Origin: Octopus sinensis | Lineage: Eukaryota | DNA: 42,644 bases | NCBI RefSeq assembly: GCF_006345805.1 | Contig: NW_021835185.1 | Span: 1 to 42,644 of the forward strand | Reading direction: 5' to 3' | Shown here: positions 36,256 through 42,644 of the stretch, one piece after another | How positions within the stretch are numbered: position 1 is the stretch's first letter | Layout: every line of letters starts with the position of its first letter | Program-made: the position numbers and the translations under genes | The notes under the pieces: generated by a model | What the model was told of the DNA's origin: nothing | Databases searched by the model: none | What the model saw: only the letters and a program-made list of their open reading frames with translations

Positions 36256-36720
36256 TCTATATATCTATCTATCTTTCTATCTATCTATCTATATATCTAT
36301 CTATCTATCTATCTGTCTGTCTATCTATTTATCTATCTATCTATCTATCTATCTATCTCCCCCTTTTTCCTCTTTTTTCTTCCTTTTTCATTTTTCTTTT
36401 CTTTTGTTTCTTTTCTTTTTTCCCCTTTTTTTCTTTTTCTTTTTCCCCTTTTACGATCCTTTTGATCGAAAACCTACGCCACTTATTTTTTTGTTTTCTT
36501 TGTTTTTTTTCATCCCACAAAAGAAAAGCTCTACCTTGTAACTTGTCCCATCTGTGTGCAGCCCTGTGTGGCCAATAAAGAAACTTATCTATCTATCTAT
36601 CTATTTATCCATCCATCCATCCGTCTATCTATCTTTCTTATATATATCTATCGTTCTTATATATACTTTCATTCCTTCTCTCTGTTTTTCGGTCTTACAC
36701 TTTCTTTTAATCTGTCTCTT
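36060..36720. repeat. (TCTA)n/(TCTG)n microsatellites and polypyrimidine tracts upstream of TRF exon 1
   Basis: Direct observation. Confidence 0.9.
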
Positions 36721-37036
36721 CTTCCCTCATTATCTCTCTTTTCCTAATCATCTCTCTATCTATTTTTTTCTCTCATGTTCTTGCATAACCCGTTAAACAA
36801 ACGAATTACAAATTTATCAAGAAAGCCAAGTGAAAATAATGTTTTCTTTTGACACATTCTACCAGTATACGAAGTTTTAAAGTGTTTAGTTAACTAGAAA
36901 TTGTGTTGAAATCTGGCTATCAAAAGGAAAAGATCCCGTCTCTCTCCCACTCTTTGCCTATCCTGCACCCTTTCGTTCTAATCCTTTTCTTTCTCTTAAA
37001 ATCTTTGAATCCCTCTTTCTCTCTCCCTCTCCTCCA

Positions 37037-37098
<62 letters not shown>

Positions 37099-37162
37099 CT
37101 CATAAATCTTTTCTTTCATTTTATTTACACAGTTCCCTTCCCAGATATTCCTATAGAGTATG

Positions 37163-37589
37163 GGATCTTTTCGGTTTGAACGGCAATTTTTCTAACGGTG
37201 TCATATGAAATTGTCACCCATAATTATGACCCTAGTATCGATCTATTACATTTCAATCTGTTTTAGGGTTAGGGTTAGGGTTAGAGTTAAGGGTGGGAGG
37301 AAGGGTATCTTTTTTTCTTCACAAATGTAAATAAACCCAATCTGTTTCTTAAACGAGGGACATTTTCATAGGGCACAGAATGTTTTCAGCTCAATAGACG
37401 TCATTGATTGGTTGAAATTGCAGAAATTGAAGAAAAAAACAACAAATATCTTACAAACTATAGAATTTTCTCAATAAAGCCAAGAGAAAAAGATGTTTTA
37501 TAAACACATTCTACCAGTATACGAAGTTTAAAAGTGTTTAGTTACGTGGAAATTATTTTTAAAAACTGCCGTTCAAACTGAAAAGATCC
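37163..37589. mobile_element. MITE-like element with ~27-bp TIRs containing a short (TTAGGG)n tract
   Basis: ggatcttttcggtttgaacggcaatttt / aaaaactgccgttcaaactgaaaagatcc; TTAGGG x3 plus two degenerate units at 37263-37293. Confidence 0.7.
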
Positions 37590-37825
37590 GAATATGTTTG
37601 CCAGACGTCCCTTATAGAAGAGTCACGTCCCATATGTGATAATTTTGTCCCCTGTCCCGTACAGACCTTTCAGGGACATCCCCAAATGTCCCGTATTTAG
37701 TTCATTTTCAAATCTCGTAATAGTATTTTTTACTGCCTTCTTACGGTTCTTAGTTGTAACTTTATAAATACTTATGCTTTCTTTTTTCATATTCTCTTTG
37801 ATGAAAATAACCTAAATGTAATGAG

Positions 37826-38258
37826 GAGGAGGAGTGGCTGTGTGGTAAGTAGCTTGCTTACCAACCATGGTTCCGGGTTCAGTCCCACTGCGTGGCACCT
37901 TGGGCAAGTGTCTTCTACTATAGCCTCAGGCCGACCAAAGCCTTGTGAGTGGATTTGGTAGATGGAAACTGAAAGAAGCCCGTCATATATATGTATATAT
38001 ATACGTATATATATATATATATATATATATATGCGTGTGTGTGTTTGTGTGTCTGTGTTTGTCCCCCTAGCATTGCTTGACAACCGATGCTGGTGTGTTT
38101 ATGTCAAAGTTACTTAGCGGTTCGGCAAAAGAGACCGATAAAATAAGTACTACAGGGCTTACAAAAGAATAAGTCCCGGGGTCGAGTTGCTCGATTAAAG
38201 GCGGTGCTCCAGCATGGCCACAGTCAAATGACTGAAACAAGTAAAAGAGTAAAAGAGA
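37826..38258 (+). mobile_element. Full-length SINE family C
   Basis: tRNA-like head, internal (TA)/(TG), agtaaaag tail. Confidence 0.85.
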
Positions 38259-38564
38259 GGAAACTAGTGTTGCTAGAAATTTACACAAAACTGACCCGTT
38301 TGTAACTTAATACTGTCAACAAAGTGTGTTGTTACTACTTGCCACAGTCCTTTTTTTTTTTCCCCTTACTTAAAAACTAATCTATCCATCTCTTGATGCC
38401 AAAACGTAAGTGTAAATTTCGTGCTGAATATTCCACCAAATGGACATTTATCAAACAAGGCAGAAGCTGTTTTGGAAAGACTTCCAAAGACTATAGTTCT
38501 TTAGGACTGAGAATTTCGATTGACACTAATCTAAATAGATCCAACTTCTTTTGGGTCTTCTTAA

Positions 38565-38785
38565 CCCTTTAGCATTTAAACCGGCCATATCCGGCCAAAA
38601 GTATTCTGCCTGTTTTATGTTCAAATTGGCCAAATCTGGTCTCTCACACCAACCCTACAATATCATTTTAAAAATTAACAGCTACCTCATCAAATTCTCA
38701 TAGTTACAAGATAATGTTTGATTAGTTCAAAACAAAGTGGATGAAAAAGCATTAATTTTGGCAGAATAATGCGAACACTAAAGGG
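38565..38785. mobile_element. piggyBac-type MITE
   Basis: TTAA|ccctttag ... ctaaaggg|TTAA; a related internal fragment lies in reverse at ~13340-13520. Confidence 0.8.
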
Positions 38786-39029
38786 TTAAATCTGAAAGCT
38801 AATTCCTATAAACCTTTCCTATAAGCTCAATGAAAATCAAAAATATATTAATAAACACTCTTGGTGCGGCCCTATTATATTTAAGAATTTAATTCCTATC
38901 CCTGTAGGAATTAATTCCTACCTCTTGCTCAATGATCTAGATGTAGGAGTTGGTCCCTCAAAATCCTGTGGTTCATGCTGTTCCTCTCCCTAAATGTTAA
39001 GACAAATACAGGTAAAAATTCCTACTTTT

Positions 39030-39560
39030 ATTAGATAAACACTTTCCTCACAACCATAGGTATAATAGAATATTTAATCGACATGGATAAAATTACGTAA
39101 CCCTGTGTCCCTAACATGAAGGCCTATATCAACAGTCAACCAATGTCTCAAACCATTTGAACCTCCAGAACAGGCATTGATATATCATCTGCTATTCAAA
39201 AGGCATAAATATGGCAAACTACAATACCTGCCAAACAGAACCTGAGCACTATATAGGATCTGTGGAAGGAAAATTCAAATTCAGATACAACAGTCATCTT
39301 TTTACCTTTAGGTATTCCAAAATGAGACATACCACAATCCACGGAAAATTAATCTGAAGACTTAAGGACACAAGGCACAACTACAGCAAATCGAAGATAC
39401 CTTCTAGGATTAAACCCAGGATTAAAGGATCAAATAGATGGCTCCTTATTGTTAAGTGAAAAACTTTATTTTTTGAAGCAGCTACAAATTTCTAGAAACT
39501 GTATAAACACCAACAGCGAAATTTTCTCTTCATGTCCACACTTTATGAAGTATATTTTAG
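39030..39560 (+). mobile_element. Penelope-like element remnant, GIY-YIG endonuclease region
   Basis: HYIGSVEGKFKFRYNSHLFTFR from 39247 and upstream HRYNRIFNRH...PNMKAYIN; multiple stops and frameshifts. Confidence 0.75.
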
Positions 39561-40827
39561 TGGGAATTAAAGATAAGCTTTCAGTGAGACAATAAGTTCA
39601 TTAATTTAGTTATAATTCTATTGGGATCCAATCAATGAACATATTTCTCTGGTGCCATCATCTCACCTAACTATTTATTCATCACTAGAATTCACAAACT
39701 CTGATAATCTTCCTATACCTCAATTTCTGTTATTCCAATAACCTTCCCATTGCTTGTCTTTCCTTTATGTTTCCTGTGTTGGTTTACAAACTATTTTGCC
39801 TGTTGTAAGAGCCCCAACTCTATTTACTGTTCAGGGAATTAGCTTCATTTGATCGCTCTCTGTCTTTTTCAAACCACATGTGCTCATTTAAATCCCACCT
39901 CACAGGGAATTACTAATCCACTATGTTGACATTACCAACTTAAGAAATGGCGAAATAAATTTAATATTCTTGCCAGCAGATCCTGGGTTGTTGAATTTCA
40001 CATGATTTATTATTATTATTACTATTATTATTATTATTATTATCATTATTATTATTAAGGCGGTGAGGTACTAGAATCATTAGCATACCAGGCAAAAATG
40101 CTTAGCGGCATTTCGTCTGTCTTACATTTTCAGTTTATATTCCACTGAGGTTGACTTTGCTGTTCATCCTTGTAGGGGTTCGATAAAATTTGAAATCGTC
40201 ATCATCATCATCATTATCATCACCACCACCACCACCATGATCATCATTACCCCACCACCATCATCATCATCTATAATAATAATAATAATATAATAATAAT
40301 AATAATAATAATAATATCCTACGCAAAATACTTTCTATGTAATCTCAAGGTTTAAAACATTTTTTTTTCTTATACATTCACAACACCAAAAAAAAAAAAA
40401 AACCCAAATATATGACACACTAGGCATAACAACAACGTGAACTTCCAACCTGTTGTCTATTGAGGTCTCTGGGTGAGACTTGGAGCCAACTTGTACAGAC
40501 ATAAAGCAAAAGTCAAACATAGAATAATAATAATAGTAAAATACATGTGTGTGTGTGCCTGTGCATGTTTGGCTAGCTGGTTTGTAGGCAAGAAGAACCG
40601 TAAGCCTGTATAGAAAACTCTATGAGTTGATTAGGAGGAGTCATTACGTAAATATTGTAAAAGCAGAGCCGATTAAAATAATATAATATCGATCATTCTG
40701 TATTCGGTGCTCAGGTGCATTGCAACAAGATTGCTGCTGTTTTGCTCGTAAGAACTCATCGTGGCAGCGAAAACTAGTTCAAAATATTTGGTTAATATGT
40801 AATTATGTAGGCGTAGGAGTGGCTGTG

Positions 40828-40963
40828 ATTTGCCTTTCATCCTTTCGGGGTCGATAAATTAAGTACCAGTTACTAACTGGGGGTCGATGTAATCGACTTA
40901 ATCCATTTGTCTGTCCTTGTTTGTCCCCTCTGTGTTTAGCCCCTTGTGGGTAGTAAAGAAATA
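40828..40963 (+). mobile_element. 5'-truncated CORE-SINE inserted into the head of a family C SINE
   Basis: 13-bp TSD aggagtggctgtg at 40815-40827 and 40964-40976. Confidence 0.82.
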
Positions 40964-41121
40964 AGGAGTGGCTGTGTGGTAAGTTGCTTGCTTACCAGCT
41001 ACATGGTACCGGGTTCAGTCCCACTGCGTGGCACCTTGGGTAAGTGTCTTCCTACTATAGCCTCGGGTCGATCAAAGCCTTGTGAGTGGATTTGGTAGAC
41101 AGAAACTGAAAGAAGCCTGCC

Positions 41122-41152
<31 letters not shown>

Positions 41153-41368
41153 TGTTTGTGTGTCTGTGTTTGTCCCTCCCAACATCGCTTGACAACTGAT
41201 GCTGGTGTATTTACGTCCCCGTAACTTAGTGGTTCGGCAAAAGAGACCGATAAAACAAGTACTAGGCTTACAAAGAATAAGTCCTGGGGTTAATATGCTC
41301 GACTAAAGGCGGTGCTCCAGCATGGCCACTGTCAAATGACTGAAACAAGTAAGAGAGTAAAAGAGTAA
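40964..41368 (+). mobile_element. SINE family C
   Basis: Matches 37826-38258. Confidence 0.85.
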
Positions 41369-41639
41369 ATATTAAAAAGATGAAAGGAGGAGAGTATAAG
41401 CAGGGAATAGGTTGAACATATGGTACCAGTGTTTGTGTTATCTCGGTGAGCGTCATTTAAAGAAATGAAGAGTTCTAACGAAGTTTGCTACTGAAGTGTA
41501 GAAAAGGGGTTTTGAGTGACACCCATGTTTGTTATTATGACAATTGTAAAACTGGTTCTGTTGCCATTGGGGGAAATTTGAGAAAAAAAGAAAACAGAAG
41601 AACAAACGTGTGTACATCTACCCGTCTGTTTGTTGTTGT

Positions 41640-41838
41640 TGTGACCCCCTTCAGTCATGACTGACCATGGGATTGCACCTAGAAAGTTACCCTCCGAAGT
41701 ACCAGTCTGGGCAAGGTCGTTTATGGAAGACAAGCAGTCGCCCATGCATACCAGCCTCCCCTCTCCATGTCACCGATGTCATCCAAGGGAAAGGCAAAGG
41801 CTGATACAGCTTGGCACCAGTGCTGTCGTAGCTCATTT
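41640..41838 (+). mobile_element. RTE-related non-autonomous repeat fragment
   Basis: catgactgaccatgggattgcacc...cagcagtcgccc...aagggaaaggcaaagg resembles, from memory, RTE 5'-derived mollusc repeats. Confidence 0.45.
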
Positions 41839-41839
41839 A

Positions 41840-42150
41840 TTAACGTGCAAGTGGCTGAGCACTCCACAGACACGTGTACCCTTAATGTAGTCCTCGGGAA
41901 GATTCAGCGTGACACAGAGTGTGACAAGGCTGGCCCTTTGAAATACGGGTACAACAGGAACAGGAAGAAAGAGTGAGAGAAAGTTGAGGTGAAAGAATAC
42001 AGCAGGGTTCACCACTACCCCGTGCCGGAGCCTTGTGGGGCTTTAGGTGGTTTTGCTCAATAAACGCTCACAATGTCCGGTCTGGGAATCGAAACTGTGA
42101 TCCTACGATCACGAGTCCGCTGCCCTAACCACTGGGCCATTGCGCCTCCA
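41840..42150 (-). mobile_element. SINE family A
   Basis: Reverse complement of the 2312 element. Confidence 0.82.
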
Positions 42151-42644
42151 CATCCATCTGTTCGTACATACGTATGTATGTATGTACATACATGCATACA
42201 TACATTTACTACTTGAACAAGGAGCCCAAATTTAATTAAAGATTTCATTTGTACTTGTCGCTCGTTGCACACCTATGACATCATGCACATGTTACCTAGG
42301 AATATAGTTATTAGGTAAGTTTGGCTTCTTGAAACAGCTGTCGAGATAAGACATTACATAACATTCTTTTATTATATATATATATATATTTCTTATTTAT
42401 TTTATGATTTGTACTCCATGTAGATAAATATCTCAAGCATAACAGTGAAAATCTATTTTACTACTTACCTACAACTCTACGTACATACATATGTACCTAC
42501 CTACCTACCAACCTACATACATACATGCACACAGACTGATTCATATTTTACAAAATACAATCGATTACTGATACAGTGAAAATTGCAAAACATTCCAGGG
42601 TTTCTCCATTTGAGGATTCTGGGCTAAACATATACACACAATCA

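Noticed and set aside
35978-36796. ORFs rich in LSIY repeats
   Set aside because: (TCTA)n microsatellite and polypyrimidine translations.
37263-37293. True telomere or chromosome end
   Set aside because: Only three perfect repeats, internal, and inside a TIR element.

Overview
Repeat-rich animal genomic DNA. The tRNA-derived SINE families and microsatellites look like those of a coleoid cephalopod, most likely Octopus (inference from repeat content). The window appears to contain one complete, spliced protein-coding gene on the minus strand (35919->12438): a telomeric-repeat-binding factor (TRF; TERF1/TERF2 family) with an N-terminal TRFH-like domain and a C-terminal telobox Myb domain. I hand-assembled ten phase-compatible exons (130, 218, 87, 149[+1], 71, 118, 61, 40, 38, 293 nt) giving about 401 aa; one exon needs a 1-nt insertion, probably an assembly error. 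The most unusual feature is in the intron that splits the TRFH domain: eight near-identical 195-bp tandem units, each carrying a 63-nt, frame-preserving, splice-site-flanked candidate cassette exon, plus a divergent ninth copy with a stop codon and a separate 84-nt in-frame candidate exon. The rest is SINEs, LINE and Penelope remnants, mariner/hAT/piggyBac MITEs, micro- and minisatellites and several long inverted repeats. All comparisons to human TRF1 are from memory and need database confirmation.
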